This document shows positions 26,677 through 36,524 of a stretch of 64,000 nucleotides of DNA, in pieces. The DNA is from Bacteroidota bacterium (GTDB lineage Bacteria; Bacteroidota; Bacteroidia; UKL13-3), in assembly GCA_051715425.1 (NCBI GenBank), contig JBPXJS010000041.1:336360-400359 (forward strand), read 5' to 3'. A model generated the notes under the pieces. That model was given only the letters and a program-made list of their open reading frames with translations, ran no database searches and was not told the DNA's origin. The number at the start of each line of letters is the position of its first letter. Positions within the stretch are counted from its first letter, which is position 1. The translations under genes were made by a program, and so were the position numbers.

Positions 26677-27962
26677 TGATATTTGACAGACAAAACAGTT
26701 GTAACAGAATGATGCGTTTTATAGAGGAAGTTTATCCTTTGCAGCGCATGATTAATTCTGAAGGACTTGACAGTGCTTTTGAGATCGTAAAACGAGAAAT
26801 TCCGGAAACCATTATACATGAATACCCTGCCGGAATGGAATGTGGAGACTGGATAGTACCTAAAGGATGGAAAGTAAAAGAAGCTTACCTGAAAAACAAA
26901 GCAGGTGATATTATTGCAGATTTTGCAGAACATCCGCTTTTTGTTGCCGCATACAGTGAACCGGTGAGCGGTTGGTTCACAAAATCTGAAATAGCCCGCC
27001 ATGTGCGTTGCCACCCAACCAAACCGGGAGCTTATTTTTTGGAGCATCGCAATGCCTACAATTATAAATTAACAGACTGGGGCATTACGCTTCCTAAAAA
27101 CACATGGGATAACCTGCCCGATGCAGAGTACCATGTTCATATTGATATAGAATGGAGCAACCGGAGTATGAAGGTTGCAGAAGTATTTGTTCAGGGTCAG
27201 TCAGATAAAATCATTTCTATTAGTGCGCATATTGACGAAATATGTAATGACAACCTGAGCGGATGCGCTGCCGGAATGGAAATGATCCGCTATATTCAGC
27301 AATTACCTTCTCCTAAATATTCCTATCAGTTGCTTTTGATACCGGAAACGATAGGTACCTTTTTTTATGTTTTTAATAACCTGCAGAGGGTAAAGAAAAC
27401 AATAGGCATGTATAACCTTGAAACTGTTGGCTCAGGTGAAAGTTGGGTATTAAAAAAAGCCCTTACACCAAACAGTTTAATTGAACAGGCTCTCCATTCA
27501 GCGCTTGTTAACACCGGTTTCCCTTATAAACATATTGATTTTTTTGAAGGATATGGGAATGATGAACGTGTGTACGAATGGCCTACGCTTAAAATTCCGG
27601 GTGTAGCACTTCAGCGTTATCCTTTTTACGAATACCATTCCGGAGATGATACCCCGGAGAATATTGATCAGGAGCATTTGTTTAATGCTGTTCAAATCTC
27701 GTGTAACCTCGTAGATGTTTTAGAAACCGATTATATTCCTGAATATACTCAGGTTATTCCACCATGGCTTACACGACACGATCTGTATTATGACAGCAGG
27801 GATAATACAGCCAACTTTCATAAGTTCAACAATCTCCTACTTTTTAATATTGATGGAACCAAATCCCTTTCGGAACTTTGCGGGATAGCCGGTATAAGAT
27901 TTACCGAGGCCTATGAATATCTGGAAAAATTTGTTGCCAAAGGTTTTATTATAAAAAAATAA
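26676..27962 (+). CDS. DUF4910 / aminopeptidase-like (M28 fold) protein with a C-terminal winged helix. Resembles the Campylobacter Cj1295 family implicated in non-acetyl acylation of pseudaminic acid.
   Basis: 428 aa. HIDIEWSN, SAHIDEICNDNLSGCAAGME and YEYHSGDDTPE are M28-like metal-site segments. Confidence 0.5.
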   Translation: MIFDRQNSCNRMMRFIEEVYPLQRMINSEGLDSAFEIVKREIPETIIHEYPAGMECGDWIVPKGWKVKEAYLKNKAGDIIADFAEHPLFVAAYSEPVSGWFTKSEIARHVRCHPTKPGAYFLEHRNAYNYKLTDWGITLPKNTWDNLPDAEYHVHIDIEWSNRSMKVAEVFVQGQSDKIISISAHIDEICNDNLSGCAAGMEMIRYIQQLPSPKYSYQLLLIPETIGTFFYVFNNLQRVKKTIGMYNLETVGSGESWVLKKALTPNSLIEQALHSALVNTGFPYKHIDFFEGYGNDERVYEWPTLKIPGVALQRYPFYEYHSGDDTPENIDQEHLFNAVQISCNLVDVLETDYIPEYTQVIPPWLTRHDLYYDSRDNTANFHKFNNLLLFNIDGTKSLSELCGIAGIRFTEAYEYLEKFVAKGFIIKK

Positions 27963-27975
27963 TTTTCATTGTTTT

Positions 27976-29436
27976 ATGCTTTTTAACTCATTCGAGTTTC
28001 TGCTCTTCTTTCCTCTTGTTACCCTGATTTACTTTTTGATCCCGCATCGTTTCAGGTGGTTTCATCTGTTGCTTGCGAGTTGTGTTTTTTATGCGGCCTT
28101 TATTCCGGCCTATATCCTTATTCTGTTTTTTACCATCATCATAGACTATGTGGCTGGTATCCTCATTGAAAAAACGGAAGGCCCAAAACGAAAATGGTAT
28201 CTTACCATGAGCATCATTGCCAATGTGGGTGTTCTTGCCATATTCAAATATTACAACTTCTTTATAGGGAACATCAACGATTTGTTGTTGCTTATTGGTA
28301 TTCATAGTAATCCACTCCCCTATCTTGGTATTATTCTGCCCATTGGTCTTTCCTTTCATACATTTCAGGCGATGAGTTATACCATTGAAGTGTATCGTAA
28401 AAATCAGCCGGCAGAAAAACATTTTGGCATTTATTCTCTTTATGTAATGTTCTATCCACAACTTGTTGCCGGACCTATTGAGAGGCCACAGAATGTGATT
28501 CATCAGTTCCACGAGGAGAAAAAATTCGATTACAGCCTTGCGGTCAAGGGAATGCGACTTATGCTTATCGGGATGTTTAAAAAAGTGGTTATTGCCGACA
28601 GGCTTGCCCTGTTTACCAGTCCTGTATTTAACGACCCCGACCAGTATTCTTCCGTTGTACTTTTTATTGGTGCTGTATTTTTTGCCTTTCAGATTTTCTG
28701 TGATTTTTCCGGGTACTCTGATATTGCTTTGGGATCAGCTCAGGTAATGGGAATAACCCTCATGAAAAACTTTGATAAGCCGTATCATTCTCAATCCATA
28801 TCAGAATTCTGGAGCCGCTGGCATATTTCTCTTAGCACATGGTTCAGGGATTATTTATATATTACTCTCGGTGGAAACAGGGTGTCGGTTCCAAGATGGT
28901 ACTTTAACCTGTTTTTTGTTTTTCTGGTTAGCGGTTTCTGGCACGGTGCCAACTGGACTTTTATCATATGGGGTATGTTACACGGATTCTACCTGATATT
29001 TGCATTAGCAACCTCCGGATTTAGAAAGTCGCTGGCTGCTGCAGTAAAACTGGATAAATTGCCCCGCATTCAATCCGTTTTAAATATACTTATCACATTT
29101 GTACTTGTAACCCTGGCCTGGATCTTTTTCAGGGCCAATACCGTAAAAGAAGCAATGTTCATCATCACTTCTGTGCTCCATATTCCGCTTGATATTTTAT
29201 CAGGATCTGCTAACCTGTTAAGCAAATTTCCTGTTACTGCCAATACCTTTCTCATCTCAGTAGCCATGATTATTCTCCTTGAAACATATCACACCTTACA
29301 TTCTAATGCAAAAATGATATCCCTGTTTTCAAAACCTAAATCTTACTTACGTTGGTCAGCATATTACATGCTTATAATAGGTTTGGTTTTTTTAGGAGTA
29401 TGGGGAGAACAACAATTTATTTATTTCCAGTTTTAA
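27976..29436 (+). CDS. MBOAT-family membrane-bound O-acyltransferase (AlgI/DltB-like).
   Basis: 486 aa, multi-TM. Conserved region FWSRWHISLSTWFRDYLYI with the catalytic His. Confidence 0.85.
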   Translation: MLFNSFEFLLFFPLVTLIYFLIPHRFRWFHLLLASCVFYAAFIPAYILILFFTIIIDYVAGILIEKTEGPKRKWYLTMSIIANVGVLAIFKYYNFFIGNINDLLLLIGIHSNPLPYLGIILPIGLSFHTFQAMSYTIEVYRKNQPAEKHFGIYSLYVMFYPQLVAGPIERPQNVIHQFHEEKKFDYSLAVKGMRLMLIGMFKKVVIADRLALFTSPVFNDPDQYSSVVLFIGAVFFAFQIFCDFSGYSDIALGSAQVMGITLMKNFDKPYHSQSISEFWSRWHISLSTWFRDYLYITLGGNRVSVPRWYFNLFFVFLVSGFWHGANWTFIIWGMLHGFYLIFALATSGFRKSLAAAVKLDKLPRIQSVLNILITFVLVTLAWIFFRANTVKEAMFIITSVLHIPLDILSGSANLLSKFPVTANTFLISVAMIILLETYHTLHSNAKMISLFSKPKSYLRWSAYYMLIIGLVFLGVWGEQQFIYFQF

Positions 29437-29437
29437 T

Positions 29438-30565
29438 ATGATTCGGTTTTTCAAGCGACTTTTCCTTTTTTCGGTTCCAATTATTGTTTTTTTCAGCGTT
29501 CCTCTGTTTGTTCTTTTTCCCTCAGGTGAACTTACCTCCAATACCACCATGCTTGAGGAGCATATAGAGAACAAACAATCCCTTATCGGCTTGGCATATA
29601 GTAATCCGGTAACTTTTCTTAAACTTCATGCGGCAAAACAGAAAACACCTGAAATTCTTGCTTTGGGTACCTCGAGAATAATGCAGGTACGAGACTTTTT
29701 CTTTAAAAATTCTTCATCATTCTACAATGCAGGTGGAGGAATTTTCAGAATAAATTACCTGCGCTATTTTACTTCAGAAGTAATTAAGTCAGCGAAACCA
29801 CGTATGATCATCGTTTGCCTTGATCAGAATTTTTTTAACCCTAACTGGGATAACCTGAGCAAAACGAAATTTGACGATGAATACAAGGATGAATACAACG
29901 CGTTGTCTTATATTTTTAATAATGCAACCACCTGCTGGCATGATGCTTTTGAGGGAAAAGTTCCTGCGGATTATTGTTTAAATCTAAAACCCGGACAAAT
30001 TGGTTTAACTGCCGCAGTAAAGAAAAATGGGTTCCGGAGTGACGGAAGTTATTATTCAGGACAGATAAAAAGTCATCCGGAAGAAGATCAGGATTATCAG
30101 TTCAAAAACACCCTTGATAGAATTGCTAAAGCAACCAAACGATTCGAATATGCCCAACAAATTAACAGCAGAGCAGTAAATGAGCTGGACTCTTTCCTTA
30201 CTTTTTGCAAAGTCAACAATATTCATGTAGTAAGTTTTCTCCCTCCTTATGCAAATAAAATATTATCAGTTATGCGTTCAAAAGGTAACGACTATGCGTA
30301 TCTGGATAAGATCATGCCCGCTTTAAAACCGGTATTTGAAAAACACAGGTTAAACGTATTTGATTTTACAGATCTTTCCACCATTCAGGCAGGAGATGAA
30401 GAAGTGCTTGACGGATTCCACGGATCTGAAAAAATATACCTGAGGATGATGATTCAAATGGCGAATAAAGATAGTATACTGGCAAAATCTTGTGATGTAC
30501 CTGCACTTCAGCATTTGCTCAACCAATCCTATTCCCACCAATTTATACATAACGAAACTTACTAA
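29438..30565 (+). CDS. Putative MBOAT partner protein (AlgJ/DltD-like, N-terminal signal anchor, SGNH-like).
   Basis: Starts immediately after the MBOAT gene. N-terminal TM helix. ALGTSRIMQ motif. The call is by position and architecture only. Confidence 0.35.
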   Translation: MIRFFKRLFLFSVPIIVFFSVPLFVLFPSGELTSNTTMLEEHIENKQSLIGLAYSNPVTFLKLHAAKQKTPEILALGTSRIMQVRDFFFKNSSSFYNAGGGIFRINYLRYFTSEVIKSAKPRMIIVCLDQNFFNPNWDNLSKTKFDDEYKDEYNALSYIFNNATTCWHDAFEGKVPADYCLNLKPGQIGLTAAVKKNGFRSDGSYYSGQIKSHPEEDQDYQFKNTLDRIAKATKRFEYAQQINSRAVNELDSFLTFCKVNNIHVVSFLPPYANKILSVMRSKGNDYAYLDKIMPALKPVFEKHRLNVFDFTDLSTIQAGDEEVLDGFHGSEKIYLRMMIQMANKDSILAKSCDVPALQHLLNQSYSHQFIHNETY

Positions 30566-30567
30566 CT

Positions 30568-32157
30568 GTGAACGCCCTTTTCCTGAAATTCGCAAAAGAC
30601 CCAAGCAAAAGAATTGTAAAACGTATTATAGAAGATTTACATATCAATCATGTGCATGTTATTTCTACAAGCACGGGGCATTTTAGTGAATCTGAACAAA
30701 AAACATTTACAAAGGGTACCAAATTTACCCAACTCTCTGCAGAGGAGCATTATTTTGGTGTTTATGAACATGTAAACTGGAATGAACTGGAGCCAGTTGA
30801 CAAAAGCCTGCTTGATAAGTTTGAAAAACATTACTTCAACCTGTTTGCCGTTTTTGATAAAGACTATCTGCCTTACAATTTTGAAGACCAATACTCTTAT
30901 CCTAAACATATTATTGAGCCTATACTTAAACATCAGTTTAATAAGTATGCGGTAAACAGGATATACAGCTATGATCATTTTGACAAGATCAGAATGATGC
31001 ACCGACATATCAGATTCTGGTATAACTATATCAAACGTGAAAAGATTGAAGCTGCCTTTTTTACCCTATGCCCGCACTTTCCTTTTGAGTATATTATTTA
31101 CGCGCTTTGTAAGGAAATGAATATTCCTACGGCCATGTCGTATTTTTCCAGCCCTCCAGGTTACTCACTGGTATTTAAAGATATTGATGATCCTTATGCA
31201 TATACTCATAAGAAATTTCTTGAACTATCCGCAGATGTAAACCTTCAAACTTCTATTAAACTAAATGATGACTTTGAGGCTGAATGGAATGCAAAAACCA
31301 GAGATATGGAAAAGCCCTGGTATTTTGATACAAAACTAATGGCAAAATTCGATCAGGAGGGTAGATTTAAACATGAAGAAAATTCAAGGGTAAATGAGTG
31401 GAAGAGGCAACGTCCAATTTCTTTTAAAGAGAAAATTTGGAGTAAAGTGAAACGCAGATTTGATATAGATTATATCTATTTCAAAATGAAATTTGGAAAA
31501 GTTCCATACTGGAAAAAGTTATACAATTATTATCAGTCTATAACTGAAACACCAGACTTTAATAAGCCCTACATCTATCTGCCGCTTGCCTACCAGCCTG
31601 AATTATCAACCATGCCGCTGGGAGGTTACTATTTCTATCAAACTACCCTGATTGATATGATTTCCCATTATTTACCGGAAGGTTGGTTTATTTATGTAAA
31701 GGAGCATATTATGCCAAGCAAGAGAATGAGGAGCGTTCAATTCTATCAGGATTTGAAAAACAATCCGAAGGTAAAACTCATCAGCAAGGATGTAGATTCC
31801 ATGAAACTTGCCGAACACGCAAAGGCTGTCGCCACCATTACAGGAACACCAGGCTGGGAAGGACTTTTCCGGGGCAAACCATGTCTGCTCTTCGGACATA
31901 TCTTTTACGAATACGCCCCGGGAGTTTTCAGAATCAGAACAAATGAAGATTGCCGGATGGCTATCAAGAAAATCGAAGAAGGCTTTACTACATCAACTGA
32001 TGACTTAATGATATTTATGAAAGCATTACAACTAACCAATATCAGAGCCGCTATGGAGCATGCCACACTCGATTTTAAAGGATACGATCTGGATGAAAAT
32101 GCTGAGATTTTCGGTAAAGAATATGTTCGGGTAATTAAAGAGCAATTAAAATCATAA
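30568..32157 (+). CDS. Capsule_synth-family (KpsS/KpsC-like, GT107-type) glycosyltransferase candidate.
   Basis: YIYLPLAYQPELSTMPLGG ... FIYVKEHIMPS resembles the KpsS core LQVYNDSQ ... YLVIKHHPMD. Confidence 0.45.
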   Translation: MNALFLKFAKDPSKRIVKRIIEDLHINHVHVISTSTGHFSESEQKTFTKGTKFTQLSAEEHYFGVYEHVNWNELEPVDKSLLDKFEKHYFNLFAVFDKDYLPYNFEDQYSYPKHIIEPILKHQFNKYAVNRIYSYDHFDKIRMMHRHIRFWYNYIKREKIEAAFFTLCPHFPFEYIIYALCKEMNIPTAMSYFSSPPGYSLVFKDIDDPYAYTHKKFLELSADVNLQTSIKLNDDFEAEWNAKTRDMEKPWYFDTKLMAKFDQEGRFKHEENSRVNEWKRQRPISFKEKIWSKVKRRFDIDYIYFKMKFGKVPYWKKLYNYYQSITETPDFNKPYIYLPLAYQPELSTMPLGGYYFYQTTLIDMISHYLPEGWFIYVKEHIMPSKRMRSVQFYQDLKNNPKVKLISKDVDSMKLAEHAKAVATITGTPGWEGLFRGKPCLLFGHIFYEYAPGVFRIRTNEDCRMAIKKIEEGFTTSTDDLMIFMKALQLTNIRAAMEHATLDFKGYDLDENAEIFGKEYVRVIKEQLKS

Positions 32158-32161
32158 GAGG

Positions 32162-33355
32162 ATGAAAAAATATAGTGATATATCCGTTGGCGACTCAGCC
32201 GAAATAAAGCACACCATAACCGATCATGATATACGCAAGTTTGTTGACCTGACAGGTGATGACAACAAACTTCATATTGATTCCGGTTTTGCAGCCAACA
32301 CCTCATTTAAAAAGCCTGTTGCACACGGTATGCTGGGTGCCTCTTTCATCTCCACTATTATAGGCACAAAATTACCTGGCGATGGTGCATTATGGTTTTC
32401 GCAAAGTTTAGAATTTTTGATGCCTGTAAGGGTTGGCGATACATTAACCATTACTGCAGAAGTAACAGGGAAAAATGACAGAAATAACAGTATAGAGTTA
32501 AGAACCGATATATATAATCAGAACAAACAAAAAGTAACCTCCGGCACCGCTAAGGTAAAAATAGTAGAACAGGAACTGCCTTCTGAAAAAAATCAGGAAG
32601 AATTAAGCTCAGGCATTAAAAACATACTTATAATTGGCGCATCCGGAGGCATCGGACAAGCCATCAGTAAAAAACTTAGTCAGGAGGGTTATAACCTGAT
32701 TCTCCACTATAACAACAACCCGGGCAAGGTGGAACAAATTGCAGCTACAAAAGTTAACGACAATCAAAAAATTGCCTGTGTTAAGGCTGATTTAAGTATA
32801 GACAGCGAGCTTGACGGGTTAATCTCCAAAGCAGAAAGAACACTTGGTTCTGTTGATGGTATCATTAATGCGGCAACTGTAAATGTTTCAAACATTAAAT
32901 TTGAGAAAACAGACTGGAACGACCTGAACAGGCATCTTCAGATAAACATTAAAGCCAATTACGAATTGTTGAAAAGGCTGGTTCCTTCTATGAAACAGCG
33001 GAAACAAGGGAAGATCATTTTTATAACCACCCAATATACAGAGAGCACTCCTCCTGCAGAGCTTATTCATTATGTAACAGCAAAATCCGCCCTAAATGGT
33101 TTTGCCAAATCTATGGCTGTAGAGCTGGGTCCTCACAATATCCAGGTTAATCTTGTTTCTCCGGGTATGACTGAAACTGAACTGATTGCTGATGTTCCTG
33201 AAAAAGCCAGACTCGTAGCCGCAGGTAAAACCCCGCTGCGAAGACTTGCTACTCCTCTGGATATAGCAAATGTGGTATCCTTTTTATTTTCCGAAAACAG
33301 CAATTATATAACAGGTGAAACCATTCGTGTGAATGGCGGACAAACCATGATATAA
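32162..33355 (+). CDS. Fusion of a MaoC-like (hot-dog fold) dehydratase and a short-chain dehydrogenase/reductase (FabG-like).
   Basis: N-terminus FVDLTGDDNKLHID and VAHGML (MaoC). C-terminus ILIIGASGGIGQAI and YVTAKSALNG (SDR Y-x3-K). Confidence 0.75.
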   Translation: MKKYSDISVGDSAEIKHTITDHDIRKFVDLTGDDNKLHIDSGFAANTSFKKPVAHGMLGASFISTIIGTKLPGDGALWFSQSLEFLMPVRVGDTLTITAEVTGKNDRNNSIELRTDIYNQNKQKVTSGTAKVKIVEQELPSEKNQEELSSGIKNILIIGASGGIGQAISKKLSQEGYNLILHYNNNPGKVEQIAATKVNDNQKIACVKADLSIDSELDGLISKAERTLGSVDGIINAATVNVSNIKFEKTDWNDLNRHLQINIKANYELLKRLVPSMKQRKQGKIIFITTQYTESTPPAELIHYVTAKSALNGFAKSMAVELGPHNIQVNLVSPGMTETELIADVPEKARLVAAGKTPLRRLATPLDIANVVSFLFSENSNYITGETIRVNGGQTMI

Positions 33356-35109
33356 TGGAATTGATAAAATACACAGACCTCTTAAAAGAAAACAAAATCC
33401 TGAAAGACAAACTTGCAGGAAAACCTCAGGTAAAAATTCACCTGTTGAATAATGTTACAGTGAATATCCTGAAAAATGTACTTGAATACAGGTTACGTTT
33501 GTCCGGCAACAATGTTGAAATGGTGATGCATGATTATGACACCATTATCCCGGACAGTATGCAACTTCAGGATGAGAATACTCCCAGAATCATATTTTGG
33601 GATATTTGCAATTATTTACCCGGTATTTATTACAAAAGCAATCTGTGGTCAAATAAGGAACTCGATGACTTTATCTCTAAAGTAAGAAATGATATTGATT
33701 TGGTGTTTCAATCTCTTTCCAAAGCAAGCATTGCATTTGTTAATACCTTTAGTGCATCGCCCTTTGCCCTGCATGCAGTAAAACAGACACCATTGCAGGT
33801 GGCCGCTGAGGTATTGAATAAATACCTCATTGACAGAAAACCGGAAAATGTTCATCTGGTTGATATGTCGGTCATTTATCAGGAAATATCTGTGAGCATA
33901 GCGACAGATCTGAGAATGTTTAATAACAGCAAAACGTTACACAGTTATCCGTTTTTCTATGCGTATGTTAACCGCATCATGCCCGTGCTGTCATCAGTAA
34001 CCGGGAAAGCCAAAAAGGCATTGATATTTGATTGTGATAATTCCTTATGGCACGGGATTATCGGTGAAGACGGGAAAGAAGGAATTAAAATGTCTGCAGA
34101 AGACAGCAAAGGCATTTTTTTTCATCAGGTTCAACGTATTGCTGTGGAGTTAAGTAAACAAGGAATCATTATTGGCTTAAACAGTAAAAACAACCCGGAA
34201 GATGTGGAGGATATCCTTCAATCGCATCCGGATATGTTCTTAAGAGATGAGCATATTGTAATAAAAAAAGTAAACTGGATCGATAAAGCATCAAATCTTA
34301 AGCAGATAGCCAAAGACCTGAATATTGGTATTGACAGTCTTGTTTTTATAGATGATTCTGATTTTGAAATCAATTTAGTAAGAGAACAACTGCCCGAGGT
34401 TTCCACATTTCAGGTTCCCAAGGCCCTGCATGATTACCCAAAGATGATGAAAGAAATTTCCAACCTCTTTTATAATCACTCACAAACAGGTGAAGATCTG
34501 GAAAGGGTGAACATGTATAAACAAGAACAGGCACGGGAACAACAAAAAGAAACATTCGGTAATATTGATGAGTACCTTCATTCACTTGGCATAAAAATAA
34601 AAATATATAAAGACGATGTATCATTGGTTGCCAGAACCGCACAAATGACACAAAAGACCAATCAGTTTAATCTCACCACCAAACGATACACTGAAAACGA
34701 TATTCAGCATTTTATCACATCTGCATCACATCATGTGTATGTATTTGAGGTTAGTGATAAATTTGGGTCGTATGGAATAACCGGCATGTGCATTACAAAT
34801 GCTGAAAACAATAACGTTTTGATTGATTCCTTTTTGATGAGCTGCCGGGTATTGGGAAGAAAAATAGAATCAAGTTTTCTTTCATACATCATTGATGATT
34901 TGGTAAAAGAAGGAGTTAAGTCTATGCTCTCCTCATATATCAAAACTGCAAAAAATGCTCAGGTTGAAATGTTTTTTGAAAACAATGGGTTCAGCCTCAC
35001 TGAATCATCAGAGGGTGCTAAGAACTATACCCTCAACACAATAGATTGGAAAAACCACACTCCTGATTTTATCACTATTGAAAACGCTGATAACATTAAA
35101 ACTGCATAA
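33355..35109 (+). CDS. FkbH-like HAD-superfamily subfamily IIIC phosphatase/acyltransferase with a C-terminal GNAT-like domain.
   Basis: KALIFDCDNSLWHGIIGEDG is the hallmark FkbH/HAD-IIIC motif I. Further HAD motifs VFIDDS and GLNSKNN. The C-terminal ~150 aa is GNAT-like. Confidence 0.75.
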   Translation: MELIKYTDLLKENKILKDKLAGKPQVKIHLLNNVTVNILKNVLEYRLRLSGNNVEMVMHDYDTIIPDSMQLQDENTPRIIFWDICNYLPGIYYKSNLWSNKELDDFISKVRNDIDLVFQSLSKASIAFVNTFSASPFALHAVKQTPLQVAAEVLNKYLIDRKPENVHLVDMSVIYQEISVSIATDLRMFNNSKTLHSYPFFYAYVNRIMPVLSSVTGKAKKALIFDCDNSLWHGIIGEDGKEGIKMSAEDSKGIFFHQVQRIAVELSKQGIIIGLNSKNNPEDVEDILQSHPDMFLRDEHIVIKKVNWIDKASNLKQIAKDLNIGIDSLVFIDDSDFEINLVREQLPEVSTFQVPKALHDYPKMMKEISNLFYNHSQTGEDLERVNMYKQEQAREQQKETFGNIDEYLHSLGIKIKIYKDDVSLVARTAQMTQKTNQFNLTTKRYTENDIQHFITSASHHVYVFEVSDKFGSYGITGMCITNAENNNVLIDSFLMSCRVLGRKIESSFLSYIIDDLVKEGVKSMLSSYIKTAKNAQVEMFFENNGFSLTESSEGAKNYTLNTIDWKNHTPDFITIENADNIKTA

Positions 35110-35111
35110 AA

Positions 35112-36524
35112 TTGAATAATTCCCGGGATTACTTATCGTACTTACTTCGTATAGAAAAACTTATTTCCGATAAACACCGGCATATTTTCAGCGCACTGTT
35201 TATACAATTCTATCTCTATCTAACAGGAAGTGTACATTCGAAGAAAACCCCAAAAAGAAATATCACCTTTTACCTAGCCAAGTTTTTGAGATTTATCCAA
35301 CTCACATTGTTAAATCTTAAATCAGCAAACGCGGATATAGTGGTATGGATAGCAGACAAATCGCATATTAACGAGGTTTCTGCTGTTTGTGTGAACCTAA
35401 TGGGCAATGGAAAAAAAGTATTAATTGTTTCAGCAAAAAATGATTTGCTCAAAAATCCTGCACTTCAACCCTTTCAAAGGTTATTCATTCCAATTCCTTT
35501 CACCAAACCAATGCCAGAATCAGAAGTTGATGAATTTGTTAAGGCATTTACAAGTGCTGAAGTATTGACCGGTGAGCTAAAGCTGAATGAGACCGAAATG
35601 AACCTTTTTAAACAATGCCTGACAGACTGGGGAAATAATACAAAAAGGCTAGGTGAAATTTTAAATCAACTCCTCAAAAGGATCAAGCCGGAAGCTGCCA
35701 TAATTGGTTATGATATCCCACCTGATGGAAGAACCTTTACCCTGGTATGTAAAGAAAATAATATTAAAACATTTATGATCCAGCATGGTTCAGTTGCTGT
35801 TAAAAATGGCATATTCAGCGGACATAAAGTTGACCATTACATGGTTTATGGAGAACTCACAAAATCTATTTTAAAAGATGTAAATTGTGAATCAGAAATA
35901 TATGTAGCCGGCCCGCCCTATTTAGACCATATAAAGACAAAGAAAAAAGCCGATATCCGGCAACAAACCAGCAGAAAAAAAAGAATTCTAGTAGCCTTTT
36001 CAGGACCGGGGCATTTTACCACATTGGAACATCACCAATTATCTATCAAGGTTCTGATTACTTTAGTTAAGCAAATGCCTGATACAGAATTCTTCCTTAA
36101 ACTTCACCCCAAAGACAGTTTAACATACTATACCGATCTGTTATCTTATTCTAATGTTTTTGATAAACTCCCAAACAACAATAGCACTGATATTTTCGAT
36201 TGGCTTGCCCATAGTGACCTTTTGATTACAGGAGCTTCTACTGTGTGCCAGGAGGCAATGATTATAAATATTCCGGCCATTTGCCTCGACCTCTTAAACC
36301 ACTACTCCAGCGTGGAGTTTATAAAAGATAAAGCGGTGTATTACAATACCTCTGAAACTCAATTAAGCGATACCATTAATAACCTATTTAATGGTATTGA
36401 GGATTTACAAATAAAACAAAATGCCATAGGGCATGTGGAACATTTTTTTGGCAGGCTTGATGGAAAAGCGTCAACCCGTTGTGCCGACTATATACTCAAA
36501 CAATTAGACAGAAATGGAAAATAA
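35112..36524 (+). CDS. TagF/KpsS-like GT-B fold transferase (Glyphos_transf / Capsule_synth superfamily), hypothetical.
   Basis: FMIQHGS, FFLKLHPKD (conserved K-x-HP) and LLITGAST. Confidence 0.35.
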   Translation: MNNSRDYLSYLLRIEKLISDKHRHIFSALFIQFYLYLTGSVHSKKTPKRNITFYLAKFLRFIQLTLLNLKSANADIVVWIADKSHINEVSAVCVNLMGNGKKVLIVSAKNDLLKNPALQPFQRLFIPIPFTKPMPESEVDEFVKAFTSAEVLTGELKLNETEMNLFKQCLTDWGNNTKRLGEILNQLLKRIKPEAAIIGYDIPPDGRTFTLVCKENNIKTFMIQHGSVAVKNGIFSGHKVDHYMVYGELTKSILKDVNCESEIYVAGPPYLDHIKTKKKADIRQQTSRKKRILVAFSGPGHFTTLEHHQLSIKVLITLVKQMPDTEFFLKLHPKDSLTYYTDLLSYSNVFDKLPNNNSTDIFDWLAHSDLLITGASTVCQEAMIINIPAICLDLLNHYSSVEFIKDKAVYYNTSETQLSDTINNLFNGIEDLQIKQNAIGHVEHFFGRLDGKASTRCADYILKQLDRNGK

